Positions 1-12,122 of a stretch of 55,521 nt of DNA are shown here, piece by piece. Location: the NCBI GenBank assembly GCA_048213135.1, contig PS015098.1, positions 58,967 through 114,487 on the forward strand, given 5' to 3'. This DNA is from Reclinomonas americana ATCC 50394 (lineage: Eukaryota). Position 1 is the first letter of the stretch. Each line of letters opens with the position of its first letter. The notes beneath the pieces were generated by a model. That model did not search any database. It was given only the letters and a program-made list of their open reading frames with translations, and was not told the origin of the DNA. Made by a program: the position numbers and the translations under genes.

Positions 1-473
1 GGAGGAGGGAGGAGGGAGGAGGGAGGAGGGGAGAGAGGGAGGAGGGAAGGAGGGGAAGGAGGGGAAGGAGGGAAGATGAGGAGAAGGAGGAGAGAGAGAG
101 AGAGCGAGACAGAGGAAGAACAAGAACTCAAGGCGAGTGAGGCAGTGAGAGCAGGAGAGGGAAAGCACCAGTGAACAGGGGAACGCAATCACCACAGATC
201 AGCAGCGGTGGTGAGTGAGCATGCAGTGAAGAGCAGTCAAAGGGCAATCACAGTCGACAATCAACAAAGATACAGGTCGCATTCATGTTTGCTCCCTCTC
301 CCTCTCCATCCCCTCTCTCCCACCCTTCTCCCTCTCTCAGTGCACTCACTCGCCCACATGGAAGACAATGACAGGCAATCACAAAACACGCGTCACCTCT
401 TGCTCACTCACTCTCTCTCCCCACTCTCCCTCCCTCCACCCTCTCCCTCCTCCTCCTCCTCCTCACACTCAAC

Positions 474-629
474 TGGGCGTCCAGTGGGCGTGCGGAGAGT
501 GTGCGGGTTGTCCACGGGTGGCGACATGGCCACATCATAAACTCCTGCTGCGTGCCCCTCAAATCTCCCCAGCTCCTTGGCATGCAACGGAGGTGCGAGC
601 TCGTACTCTTCTTCCTCCTCCGCCTGCAT
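474..629 (-). CDS. WD40-repeat protein, putative first exon (gene continues toward the window edge)
   Basis: ATG at 629; MQAEEEEEYELAPPLHAKELGRFEGHAAGVYDVAMSP resembles a WD40 repeat start (GH...VYDVAMSP). Putative donor GTTGAGT at 473. Downstream exons could not be traced. Confidence 0.45.
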
Positions 630-683
630 CACCCCCGCTCACAAGAAAAGAAAACAACAAGAAACAAAATGGAATTATTCATT

Positions 684-3041
684 TTAGGCGGGAAATATTG
701 TTTTGTCCGCAACACCAACCTGTTTGCATGTGTACAAAAGTGCGTCAGTTTCCTCTCTCCCCACAGTCCCTTTCCCTCGACACTCTCGCTTACCAATCGA
801 CCTGCATCGTGCTCGTGATGAGCGCTGGCGGGCACCATCCACCAGCGCAGCTGCAAGTGGTGTCCGGGATCGACCTCGCACTTGTCGCAATCTGCGTCAC
901 CGCAGACGGCGGCGTGGTGGTGCGGCGAGGCGCAGTCGTAGATGTCGACGGGGTGTAGAAGGCAGTCGACATCGATGTGGCGGTCGTGCATCGTCTGCAG
1001 GACCACGCTTTCGGCGGTGGCCTCGGCGCGCAACAGGTTGCGAGCCTCGTTCACCGACATCCACCAGCGCAGGTGATCTTGTGCCGGCTCCAGCTCGAAC
1101 TCGGGTACGCTCTCCTCGCTGAAATCCACCGGAGCACCGGCACGCAGCAGTCGCGTGCCCTCCTCCAGTTGCTTCCTCAATACGGCCTCGTACTTGGTTT
1201 CGTCGTCGTCGCCGTCTTGTGGTGGAGGAGCGGCAGGGCTCGCATGCGTCCTCAGCGAGGCGGCGGAAAACGAGGCAAGGAACTTGCGTTCGGGGAAGCG
1301 CGTCACGCGCAGCTTGTGCTTGAAGCTGCCGGTGCGACCGTCGGGCCGATACTTGGGCAGCAGTCGCCAACCGTGATCGGCCACGGCCTCGATTGCACTC
1401 AGCGCATACTCGATCTCCGCGTCGGACATGGTGAAGGGGAAGCTGACACGCGTGTAGCCGGGGCGTAGCGGTTCGATCGACCGTTCGGCCAAGCTGTGCT
1501 CGATGAGACGCGCGCTGCGATCGGTGATGCCCAGCAGCCGCATGCCGTACGGACCGGCGCACATGCAGCCGCCACGCGACTGAATGCCGAATACGTCGTT
1601 GAGCAGGGCGCAGACGAACTGGTAATGCAGAAAGTGTCCGCTGTCGTCGGGGGCGTGCACGAGAAACGTGAAAATCGGGGCGCGCTTGGCATGACCGCGG
1701 TCGAGTGCCGGTCCAAAGCACTGGAGGCGCCGATGTGCACGCAGTCGTGCGTCGACCAGCTGTGCCACATGCTGCTCGCGTGCCTCCATGGCCGCATACC
1801 CGCCCGGCAGCGTCGACAGCAGGCGGAACACAAGACCGCAGCGAATGGCACCGATAATGTCGGGTGTGCCGGCCTCCTCGCGCTCCTCCGCGTGCCGCAA
1901 ATACCGATGCATGTGGCTCGTCACGAAGAACACAGTGCCGCCGCCCGTGACGGCCGATGGTCGGTCATCGTGACCCGCAAAGAGACGGCGCTTCATGATA
2001 CTGTGTGTCCACGGAGTGAGTGTCGGCGACCGAGTGGCGATGATGAACAGAGCATCAACGCAACAGCAAGCCGGGTGTGCCGGGTCCGCCAATCAATTTG
2101 TGGGGCGAAATGAACACCGCGTCCTTGTGCAGCAGCGACGGGTTCGCTGCCACCTGCTGCTCCAAGTGAATGCCGAGCTGCTCGCCGTGGTCGTGGCGTG
2201 ACGGGTGCGACGACATGACAGTGGGGTTCATGTCGATCTGCAAGTGCGGCGCGCCACATGCATAGTCGAACACGGCCAGCGCCCCTGCGGCGTGCAACTG
2301 CGCCGCCAGTGCATCAACATCGGCACACACGCCCGTCACATTGGAGCAGGCCGAGAAGGCGCCGATCTTGAGTGGGCGATCGGCAAAGTGCTCCAGTAAT
2401 CGCTGCAGCACTTCACGATCCACATTGCCGTGCTCATCCTCCGCCACCTCGACCACATCACAGCCGGCCGCCTCACGGTACGGCAGCTCGTTGCTGTGGT
2501 GCTCGTGCGGTCCCACAAACACAATCGCCCGCTCGCCCGGCGTCGCTGTCTCCAAGTGCAGCCCGAGAATGTGGACCAGGCGATTGCTGGCCCCCGTGCA
2601 ACCGCTGCCGACAAAGACCACACAGTCGGCACTCGAATTCGCATCAATGTCCGCGTGTGGATCGTCCAGGTGCGCGTTCACTGCACTGCCGATGAGCTGG
2701 CGGGCCTCCTCCCGAAAACATGTCGACTGCGATGATGATGCAGAGATTCGATCAGAAGATTCGAACATATCACATGATCACAACTCACACACACACACAC
2801 GTACCTGCAAGCCAAAGTGCGAGGCCGTGGTGTGCGTGTTGCCATACGTCGGCAGCACATGCTCGCGCAGGTGGTCCTCCACGACACGCAGCGGTCGTCC
2901 CGACGCCGTCCAGTCCATGTACAAGTGCATCCGTGAGTGCCCGAGCGCTGCGTGTGGTGACGGAATGGAGCCGGCGTGGCCGATCACTGAACGCCGAAGC
3001 GCTGCATAGGCCTCTGTGGGGTCACTCTGCGCCTCCTCCAT
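684..3041 (-). CDS. PLP-dependent class V aminotransferase / cysteine desulfurase-like protein (4 exons)
   Basis: Motifs YMDWTASGR, YGNTHT, GPHEHHSN, SACSNVTG, FDYA, SPHKLIGGPGTPG (PLP lysine), GGGTVFFV, EEAGTPDI, RGGCMCAGPYG, RPGYTRVS. Introns 2727-2804, 2001-2064 and about 720-793; last exon VGVADKTIFPA then TAA. Confidence 0.9.
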
Positions 3042-3239
3042 TCTCAGACAAAGGAAATACAGGTAACAAACTGACGCGGGACTTCACGACAATGAACGGC
3101 GAGGCCATCTCTTTCTCTCTCTCTCTCACACACACACAGAGCATCTCTGTTAATGCGCTCGCACTGCGACCCTCTCACGGCCTGCACGCGACAGCTCCTC
3201 GGGCGAAGCTTGAAGTTTTGTTGAGACAAGCGCGCGGTG

Positions 3240-4770
3240 TCAAACAGCGTAGCCACCGGAATCGCAGTGCGAAAGAACCGTGCCGACAATGCACGTGATC
3301 ACCAGCACGACGCTGCGCGGGAGGTGTAAGCGGTGGAAGCGAAAAGGAATGGACGAGGTACACACGAACCCTCCGGACAAGCCCAGAAGGAGCGATCCAG
3401 TGGCGATCTGCGGTGCAAGGGGTGAGAAGGAGGAGGGGGAGGGGGAGGAGGAGGAGGAGGAGNNNNNNNNNNNNNNNNNNNNNNNNNNNNNNNNNNNNNN
3501 NNNNNNNNNNNNNNNNNNNNNNNNNNNNNNNNNNNNNNNNNNNNNNNNNNNNNNNNNNNNNNNNNNNNNNNNNNNNNNNNNNNNNNNNNNNNNNNNNNNN
3601 NNNNNNNNNNNNNNNNNNNNNNNNNNNNNNNNNNNNNNNNNNNNNNNNNNNNNNNNNNNNNNNNNNNNNNNNNNNNNNNNNNNNNNNNNNNNNNNNNNNN
3701 NNNNNNNNNNNNNNNNNNNNNNNNNNNNNNNNNNNNNNNNNNNNNNNNNNNNNNNNNNNNNNNNNNNNNNNNNNNNNNNNNNNNNNNNNNNNNNNNNNNN
3801 NNNNNNNNNNNNNNNNNNNNNNNNNNNNNNNNNNNNNNNNNNNNNNNNNNNNNNNNNNNNNNNNNNNNNNNNNNNNNNNNNNNNNNNNNNNNNNNNNNNN
3901 NNNNNNNNNNNNNNNNNNNNNNNNNNNNNNNNNNNNNNNNNNNNNNNNNNNNNNNNNNNNNNNNNNNNNNNNNNNNNNNNNNNNNNNNNNNNNNNNNNNN
4001 NNNNNNNNNNNNNNNNNNNNNNNNNNNNNNNNNNNNNNNNNNNNNNNNNNNNNNNNNNNNNNNNNNNNNNNNNNNNNNNNNNNNNNNNNNNNNNNNNNNN
4101 NNNNNNNNNNNNNNNNNNNNNNNNNNNNNNNNNNNNNNNNNNNNNNNNNNNNNNNNNNNNNNNNNNNNNNNNNNNNNNNNNNNNNNNNNNNNNNNNNNNN
4201 NNNNNNNNNNNNNNNNNNNNNNNNNNNNNNNNNNNNNNNNNNNNNNNNNNNNNNNNNNNNNNNNNNNNNNNNNNNNNNNNNNNNNNNNNNNNNNNNNNNN
4301 NNNNNNNNNNNNNNNNNNNNNNNNNNNNNNNNNNNNNNNNNNNNNNNNNNNNNNNNNNNNNNNNNNNNNNNNNNNNNNNNNNNNNNNNNNNNNNNNNNNN
4401 NNNNNNNNNNNNNNNNNNNNNNNNNNNNNNNNNNNNNNNNNNNNNNNAATGGGGAGGAGAAGAAGAAGAAGGAGGAGGAGGAAGAGGAGAAGAGACAAGA
4501 CAGTTAGAAAGACAGCATGCGAGAATGTAACGAGAGACAGCTGGCAATGCGGTTCTGTAGACTGCGCAGGCCAGTACGCTGAGCATGAGACCAAGCGCGG
4601 CGAAGAACGCCATGACACACAGTCTGTGTGTGTGAGAGAGAGCGCGTGAGTGACAGACACTCTGAGCGAACGAGAAGTTGTTGTCACACGAAACACTGTG
4701 CACGCAGAAATGAGCAAATGAGCGAGCGAATGACACAGCGAGGGAGAGAAGACGCACAGGCGACACGCAT
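3240..4770 (-). CDS. VPS55: Vps55/LEPROT-family four-TM protein; middle exons lost in the N-gap
   Basis: N-terminus MRVALLCVMAFFAALGLMLSVLACAVY aligns by eye to Vps55/LEPROT TM1. C-terminal exons (3407 to 3240) give IATGSLLLGLSGGVVLVITCIVG...GYAV-stop, matching TM4. Confidence 0.7.
3463..4447. other. Assembly gap (N run)
   Basis: Run of N bases inside VPS55. Confidence 0.99.
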
Positions 4771-4870
4771 GCTTGCGCTCTTGATGTTGTACGTCGCGAC
4801 GTGTTGTGAGAGCAATCACTTTGTCCTGTGTGTCCTCTTTTGTTCCATTGTGTTTCATTGTTTGTTTTTG

Positions 4871-7118
4871 ATGCTTGCGGCGACGAGTGCGGTGGAGTGG
4901 ACGCGCACAGAGAGCATTCATGAGTTCTCGCAGTCGCTGACGTCGGCGGTGGTGAAGCAGAGTGATGTGGCGTTGGATGTCTCATGTTGAGTGAGAGAGA
5001 GAAGGAGGAGGGAAGGGAGAGTGTGTGTGAGAGAGAGAGAGAGAGGAGGAGTGGGGGAGTGAGAGTGAGAGAGAGGGGAGAGGAAAGCGCATTTGCTTAT
5101 CTGTGAGATCGGTCGACGTTGACACACACACACACACACATACACACACACATGCATTTGCACACAGAGGGAGGGACTTGCCATCGTTCTTCTTGTGATC
5201 GCATGCTCTCGCCGATCTGCCTCTGTCTCTTCTCCCTCCCTCTCTCATTCATCGCCCTTCTCCACCCTCTCTGCACACGCACAGAGGGAGAGACCTGCTG
5301 TCATTCATCTGTGATCGTGTCGCCTTCACTCTCTGTATTCTCAGTTCTCTCCATCATGCGATCACTCATTCTCCCATTTCTTGTACATGCTGAGTGTTCC
5401 ATGTCTCTGGCTCGTCTCGTCGACCTTCTCTCTCATGCGATTACTCCTCCTCATTCTCTTTCTCGTCGCCCTTCTTTATCCCACCTGATCACTCATTCTC
5501 TCCTTTCCTTGCACTTTCTGTGTTCTCCGTATCACACTGCATCTCTGTCTCACTCCATTCTTTGTCTCTCGGTTCTCATCGCCCTTCTCTCTCAGATCAT
5601 TCCCCTCGTCTCCTCGTGCACTTTATGAGTTCTGTTTCTCTCTTTCATCGCCCTTTTCTCGTCGCCCTTCTATATCCTTCCTGCTCCTTCCTTTCCTTGC
5701 TTCATGTGTTCTCCGTATCTCCGTGTCTCTGTGTGCATCTCTGTCTGAACTCCATTCTTTGTCTCTCTCGGTTCTCATCGCCCTTCTCTCACAGATCACT
5801 CCACTCCTTTCCTTTGCACATTATGAGTTCTGTTTCTCTCTTTCATCACTCTTTTCTCGTCGCCCTTCTCTATCTCCTGTGATCATTCATTCTCTCCTTT
5901 CCTTGCACATTGTGATTTTTCTCGTTCATCCTCTCCTTTCCTATCACTTTCAGTGTTCCCTTCCCCTCTCCCACTCTCCTTCCCTCTCACTCCCCCTTCC
6001 CTCCCCCTTCCCCCCTTCCTCCCCTCCTCCTCACTCCCCCCCTTTCCTTCCCTTCCCCTCTCTGCAGTCCTTCGTCTCGGCGGCAACATCCGTCACTTTG
6101 TGTTTGCGCTGCACGGCGGCGGCGGCCTCAAGCAGCTCACCGCCCTCGACGTGTCGGGCAACGGGATCGAGGAGGCGGATTTCGAGACGGTGGCGTCGGC
6201 GCTGCGCGGTCGCCACAATCGCCTGTGTCACTTGAATGCACAATGTTGCGTCTCCTCCCTGCCTCCGCCCTTTTCCCTTCCATTCCACTCACTCCCACTA
6301 CCCCAGTCAACCCGATTGGCCCATCGGCGACCATTGCGGCGCTGGTGCGCGACTGTCACTGGCTGGAGACGCTGAATCTGTCGTCGTGTTCGATTGGTGA
6401 CGGCGGCATGGCGGCGATTGCCGAGCATATGGCCTTGCCGCACTGTCGCCTGGTGACGCTGCTGGTGGCCACCAATGGCATCACACAGTTTGGCGTGTGG
6501 CGCCTGACGGCGGCGCTGACCAAGGCCGGCGGCAGTGCCACTTTGCGCACGCTGCACATTGGCGGCAATCCGATCGGCAGCGACGGTCTCTCCTTCATGG
6601 CCGACTACCTCCGAGGTCGGAACGACAGCGCTCCGCCGCCGTCGGTGACGGCACTTAACCTCGACGCCATTGGCAGCGGCCGCCAGGGTCACTTTAGTCT
6701 TGCCTTTGCGCTGCGCACGAACACGAGCCTAACGGCGCTGTCGGTGCGCGACAATGGGATGCGAGACGACGCGGTGCGCTCGCTGCTGGACGCACTGGAA
6801 CGCAATCGCACGCTCGCCACGCTGTCGGTCGGTGGCGCCAACGATTTCAGCGCGGTGCGGGCGTACACGATGCGCGTGCTGCGCGCCAACTACTCGCTGA
6901 CGTCGCTGGATGTGGAGCCGGAGACGCACGATCCGCTGGTGGTGGAGCTACTCGAGTCGAATCGCGAGTTGCGCGAGGTGCAGTACGCCCTCTACGTGCT
7001 GGTGGGCGACGACTGGGGTCACGTGTCGGTGTCGTCGCCCATTGGCGCGCGTGTGCTGGACGTGGTGCTGCGGCACACGTTGTGGGCGCGGCGCAGGCGT
7101 GCGGCGCGTGATGTGTGA
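4871..7118 (+). CDS. Ribonuclease-inhibitor-like leucine-rich repeat protein (3 exons)
   Basis: Exons 4871-4985, 6068-6244 and 6307-7118 join in frame. Repeats LTALDVSGNGI, LETLNLSSCSIGDGG, LRTLHIGGNPIGSDG, LTALSVRDNGMRDDA. Confidence 0.88.
5400..5910. repeat. Degenerate intronic tandem repeat, period about 198 nt, pyrimidine-rich
   Basis: ttatgagttctgtttctctctttcatc at 5623 and 5821; ctcggttctcatcgcccttctctc also repeated. Confidence 0.8.
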
Positions 7119-7355
7119 GGAGGAGGAAGAAGATGAGGAGGGTGAGAGTGAGGCGACAGAATGCCTTCTTGCTTGTGATGTGCAAGGAGCCTCCCCCGAG
7201 GTGTGCTGGCCGCGTGGTGCACGAGAGTGACGGGAACGTGCCCGTCACGACAACAACAGCTCGTGCATGAGAGAACTTGCGAAATAAATGACGCATGGAC
7301 GACGGCAACCCTGTACTGCCAAGCCCATCCATCCACGCGGAGATCACTCGACAAT

Positions 7356-10245
7356 TCAGCCGGGCAACTCCTCCACAGCCGGCAGCGCGCGCGGCACAAA
7401 ACCCGTTGCCGCCAGCCAGTCGCGCACTCTTTGCGTTGCAATCTGCAGATCCAGTCCGTTGAAGAGCGGGTGCTGCAGCAGCTGCTCTGCCGTGGGTCGA
7501 TCGTCGGGGCGGCGCTGCATGCACAAGTTGACGAATTCGCACAGTGTGGGATCGTAGCCCTGCGACGGGTCAAGCGTCGGAATCTCCTCCTCGATCTTGG
7601 CCAGCGCACCCCACTCGTCGTGCGGAATGCTATGTAGTGTATATGAGAATGGGGACGGAGGAGTGGCGGCAGTGGCAAAAGCGTGACGCACGGTGGGTAG
7701 GCGGCGGCAAGGTAGAATGTCGTCACACCGAGGCTCCACACATCGGCCTTTTGGTCGTGCTCGTACGGCTCTTGCAGTTGCTCCGGCTGTGCACGCACAC
7801 GCTTGTCAGACGAGTAACACCTCGACTGACCATCGTGCAGACGCAACTGCCATGTAGCCGGGGGTGCCGATAAAGGTCCTCGCCTTGGCGCCGGCGTCCA
7901 GTGGTCGCGACGTGTTGAAATCGGTGACCTTGACCTCACCGGCAGTGTTCACGAGAATGTTGGCGGGGCGGATGTCGCGGTGCAGCACACCGCGTTGGTG
8001 AATGTTGTAAATGCCGTTGGTCACCTGAGCAACAAGAGGGATCAATAAGGAACCAGAGAGAGGGAGAGAGAGAGAGGGAGGGGGGAGAGAGAGAGAGGAG
8101 GGAGGGAGAGAGGAGAGAGAGAGCGAGGAGGAGAATAGGCGAGTGTTGTAGAGGAGGTGGCGAGGTCGGGACACGAGACGAGGAGGAGGTCGGTAGTTCG
8201 ACGACGTAGTTCGACNNNNNNNNNNNNNNNNNNNNNNNNNNNNNNNNNNNNNNNNNNNNNNNNNNNNNNNNNNNNNNNNNNNNNNNNNNNNNNNNNNNNN
8301 NNNNNNNNNNNNNNNNNNNNNNNNNNNNNNNNNNNNNNNNNNNNNNNNNNNNNNNNNNNNNNNNNNNNNNNNNNNNNNNNNNNNNNNNNNNNNNNNNNNN
8401 NNNNNNNNNNNNNNNNNNNNNNNNNNNNNNNNNNNNNNNNNNNNNNNNNGTACGATTCGGAAGTAGTTCGAAGTCGTAAGTAGTAGAGACGTTAGAGAGT
8501 AGTAGAGAGTAGGGAGAGGGAGCGAGGGAGAGAGGGAGCGAGGAGTGAGAGAGAGGGGGGATAGAGGAGAGAGAGAGGCTGAGGGCGAAATATGCAGCGT
8601 TGTGAGAGTGGCATGGGGCACAGCAGAGAGTCGGATTGCACGAGTTGTCACACACGGAGGGTCACCGACAACAAATGACTGTTGGATGCAAGCAATGACA
8701 CGAGCAGGAAGAGTCACGCAGCGCCCGCAAATACGGATAACTGCAACAAGAAGGCGACTTCCAAAGAACAGCGCTCGGAGTAGCACGGAACAATGCAGAG
8801 AGTCGAAAGCACGAGCAGGTTACGCAGCACGTAGTACGCAGAGTACCGCAGCGAACAGAACACTGTGGAAGCAAGAAGAGAACAGCAGGAGACTCACAAA
8901 GCATCAACGCCGAGAGTGTCGTGAGGAACCAGAAACACAGAACACGACTTACTACAACAGCAATAGAGTCAAAAGCACGAGCGATCACGGAACACGCAAG
9001 CGCAGCAAATTGCAGAGAACAGAAGACTCGGAGGCAAAAAGAGAGACAGGAAGCACCAAACAATATCGCGAAGAACAGCAGACAGCTGGATGCACGCATC
9101 ACAGAAACAGCAGAGTCGGAATTAAGAGCAATCACGCATCACGCAGCACGCAGAGTGTCACGGAGAACAGCACACTGTTGGAAGCAAGAAGAGAGACCGG
9201 AAGCACCAAAAATATCGAGGAGAACAGCAGACAGCTGGATGCACGCATCACAGAACACAGCAGAGAAAGCACGATCACGGCGATCACGGAACACGCAAAA
9301 ACCCAGCAAATTGCAAAACTGAAGACTGTTGGAAGCAAGACGAGAGATAGGAAGCACCAAACAATATCGAAGAAGAGAGCCACGATCGCGACGTGTAATA
9401 ACTCATTCGCACCTGCACAATAATGGCCGCCAACACATCCAGCGGCAAGCCGACGGCTTCACCAGCACGATCCTGCAGGGCGTTGAAGTGATAGTCCAGC
9501 GAGCGGCCTGCGCACATACCATCAGCACCGCAGAAGGAGAGCGGGTGTGCGCGCGCGCAATACAAACCATCCATGTACTCGAGCACGTAATGCACAAAGC
9601 TGGAAACAGAGTCAGTCTCGCGAGCATGCAACGCAAGACACTGCGTCACACACGCACGTTCCATCGGTGACGTAGCCGTAGCAGCCAATGACATTGTCAA
9701 TGGTCTCCTGTGAGCGGAGAAATCAGACTCTCAGCTGCCCCCTTTCATCGCATTCCCCTCCCATTCCACTCGCACCATGATGGGCTGCACGACCAGCGAC
9801 CTGACGCTCCCGTCCATGCTCTCTGTCTGCTCCACAGTGAGCAGGAGGATTGTTGCCTCTCTCTCTCACTCTCACACAGAACCTTGATGGCGACTGGAGT
9901 CCGCGTTGGGACATGCATGTAGAGACACACAGCAGCAAAGGCGCCTTCGCCGAGGTTGGCAGGCTCGCCGGGGAACACCTCCGCGAGGTCACTGAATGTG
10001 TGTGTGTGTGTGTGTGAGGAAAAAGAGAAGAGCTGTCAGGTGGACAACAACAACAACACAATGACACAACTCCATGTTAATGGCACCAGCGCCGATCTTT
10101 TCGGAGAGTGAGAAGGTGAGTGGGTGCAGGGAGAGAGCGTGTGTAAGAGGAGCAAGGGAAGACCTGAAGAGCCATGGCTTGTGCGCGCAACGAAATGAAC
10201 TGTATTGTGCGGGACGCGTGACGTTCTCTCCTCCTTTGTGCTCAA
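7356..10245 (-). CDS. Ser/Thr protein kinase, STE7/MAP2K-like, atypical motifs; N-terminus truncated by a gap
   Basis: Spliced motifs LGEGAFAAV, VAIK, LEYMDGRSLD, HRDIRPANILVN, VKVTDFN, ARTFIGTPGYMAPE, ADVWSLG, RPTAEQLLQHP; TGA at 7356-7358. Confidence 0.88.
8216..8449. other. Assembly gap (N run)
   Basis: Run of N bases inside the long kinase intron. Confidence 0.99.
8700..9390. repeat. Degenerate intronic tandem repeat, period about 150 nt
   Basis: gagaga..ggaagcaccaaa.aatatcg at about 9041, 9191 and 9342; cagacagctggatgcacgcatcacagaa occurs twice. Confidence 0.8.
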
Positions 10246-10454
10246 CTATGATGGAGATGGAGTCACAGCTTCTCATATACGTCGACAGCATCCGCGCGAT
10301 TAACTCGTTGCTCACACACACACACACACACACAAAAAGGAACAANNNNNNNNNNNNNNNNNNNNGAAGGGAGAGTCAGAGGACTGCAATTCTCGCAACT
10401 CTCGCAACTGACGTCTCTCTTGTCTGCCTGTGCTCTCCGAAGTGTGTGTAGGTT

Positions 10455-10494
<40 letters not shown>

Positions 10495-10649
10495 TGAGGG
10501 TGCAGACACGCGCTGCATGCAGCCGTTCTCCTCCTCTCGTTTGCTCTCTGTCTGCCCCACTGTGCAACTGTCCAGCTCTGTGGCTGTATGTATGTGTGTG
10601 TGAGAGAGCGTGTGAGTGAGAGAGAGTGAGAGCGTGCGTGGAGAGTTGG

Positions 10650-10904
10650 CTTTCTCGTCTATTGCATGCAGCCACGGCTTCTTCCCTCTGCTTGCTGCCC
10701 TTCTCTCTCCTCCTCGGCCTCCTCCCTCTGCTCCCTCTCTCTTTCTCAGACTGTCTCTCTGCTCACACTGTGCGTGTATGTGTATGTGGGTGGAGAGAGT
10801 GAGAAAAGAAGGAGACAGAGAAAGTGATGGTCTATCCTCGTCAGCCTCCGTCCTCCGCCTCTCTCTCAGTCTGTCTGACTGTCTGTCTGTTCCACTGTGT
10901 GTGT

Positions 10905-10955
<51 letters not shown>

Positions 10956-11022
10956 GTCGNNNNNNNNNNNNNNNNNNNNTCCTCCGTCCTCTCTCTCAGT
11001 CTGTCTGACTGTCTGTCTGTTC

Positions 11023-11083
<61 letters not shown>

Positions 11084-11150
11084 CGCGTATCTCCTCTGTT
11101 GCATGCAGACACGACTTCTTCCCTCTGGTTGCTGTAGTTCTCCTCCTCTC
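10650..11150. repeat. Local duplication plus (GT)n microsatellites flanking a 20-N gap
   Basis: ctctctcagtctgtctgactgtctgtctgttcc followed by (GT)n on both sides of gap 10960-10979; ttgcatgcag.cacg.cttcttccctctg.ttgctg at about 10662 and 11099. Confidence 0.75.
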
Positions 11151-11157
11151 GTCTGCT

Positions 11158-11212
<55 letters not shown>

Positions 11213-11363
11213 CACACCATATCTCAGTGTATCATCTCTCCTCGCAGTTGCAGACACAGCTTTCCTCATTCCTCTCTCCCACACTTCCCCTCCTCATCTC
11301 CCTCACTTCTCCTCCCTCATCTCCCTCCCTTCTCCCCCACTATCTCCCTCTTCTCTCACTCAC

Positions 11364-11489
11364 CCGTGTTCCCTGTGTGATCCTGCGCATTGAAATCCAG
11401 TGGTTCCTCGACTCCGCGCGCCACTCCGTCCAAGTACTCCTCCAGTCCCTCAATTTCTCCGCGCTTAACGCACTCCACAAACGCACGTG

Positions 11490-11526
<37 letters not shown>

Positions 11527-11677
11527 TGAGAGAAGACATGGCGAGTGTGTGCGTTTGTGCGTTCTGCGAGATGCGTCTCTGTTCTTTGCTTGTAGTGCTG
11601 TCGACTATGTGTATGTATGTGTGTGTGTGAGAGAGAGAAAGAAAGATGATCGCACCTTCCTCTTCCGCGTCAGACAT
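11364..11677 (-). CDS. Ankyrin-repeat protein, first two exons (may be the N-terminus of the downstream kinase)
   Basis: ATG 11677 MSDAEEE joins in phase 1 to ARAFVECVKRGEIEGLEEYLDGVARGVEEPLDFNAQDHTGNT, followed by donor GTGAGT; DFNAQDxxGNT is an ankyrin linker. Confidence 0.65.
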
Positions 11678-12122
11678 TCGCAATGGTTGCGTCCTGGTGA
11701 CTTTGGTGTGTGAAGTCACGCAGTCCGTCTCTCCTTTCTCATGCAGCTGCATGCTTGCCAACCTCCGTAACCTATCACTGCTGGAGGCCGCGCTTGAATC
11801 CGTCTGGCAGTGGAGCTTGTGGCAACATCGGAGAAACTTCGCGCGCGATCGAGCACACTCTCGCTCGCAGTTTCGTTTCGTTTCGTGCCTTCCCATCGCA
11901 TACCGCCCTTCTATTCTCTCACCCCCTCACATATTTCCTTGCGCCATCGACCATCTCGACGTTCACACGGATATCCCAAATATCTTTGCAAAACAAATTC
12001 GATTCATGTATCCGTCACCATTACTACTGCTGGAGAAGCCGCACTCTTTCCCTCTCGAGAGGCACACCAACTATCCCATCTCTGCTGCAAAACAACAATA
12101 TACAAAACAAAAAAACAGACTA

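Noticed and set aside
687-695. E2F-like GGCGGGAAA site
   Set aside because: Lies inside the predicted last coding exon; a short motif that cannot be supported alone.
625-793. Desulfurase-WD40 fusion by splicing to the CAG near 624
   Set aside because: A closer acceptor at 720 with a CTGAC branch gives a modal-size intron and a stop at 684, so two genes is simpler. Not excluded without cDNA.
3240-4985. Long ORF-track entries spanning N-gaps or microsatellites (also 29714-32206, 47022-47957, 51792-53321)
   Set aside because: Inflated by N runs and stop-free CT/GA/GT repeats; only parts are exons.
8700-9390. CRISPR-like array or mobile element (also 31180-31650, 32870-33130)
   Set aside because: Degenerate whole-unit tandem repeats without unique spacers, terminal repeats or nearby cas/transposase; eukaryotic intronic context.
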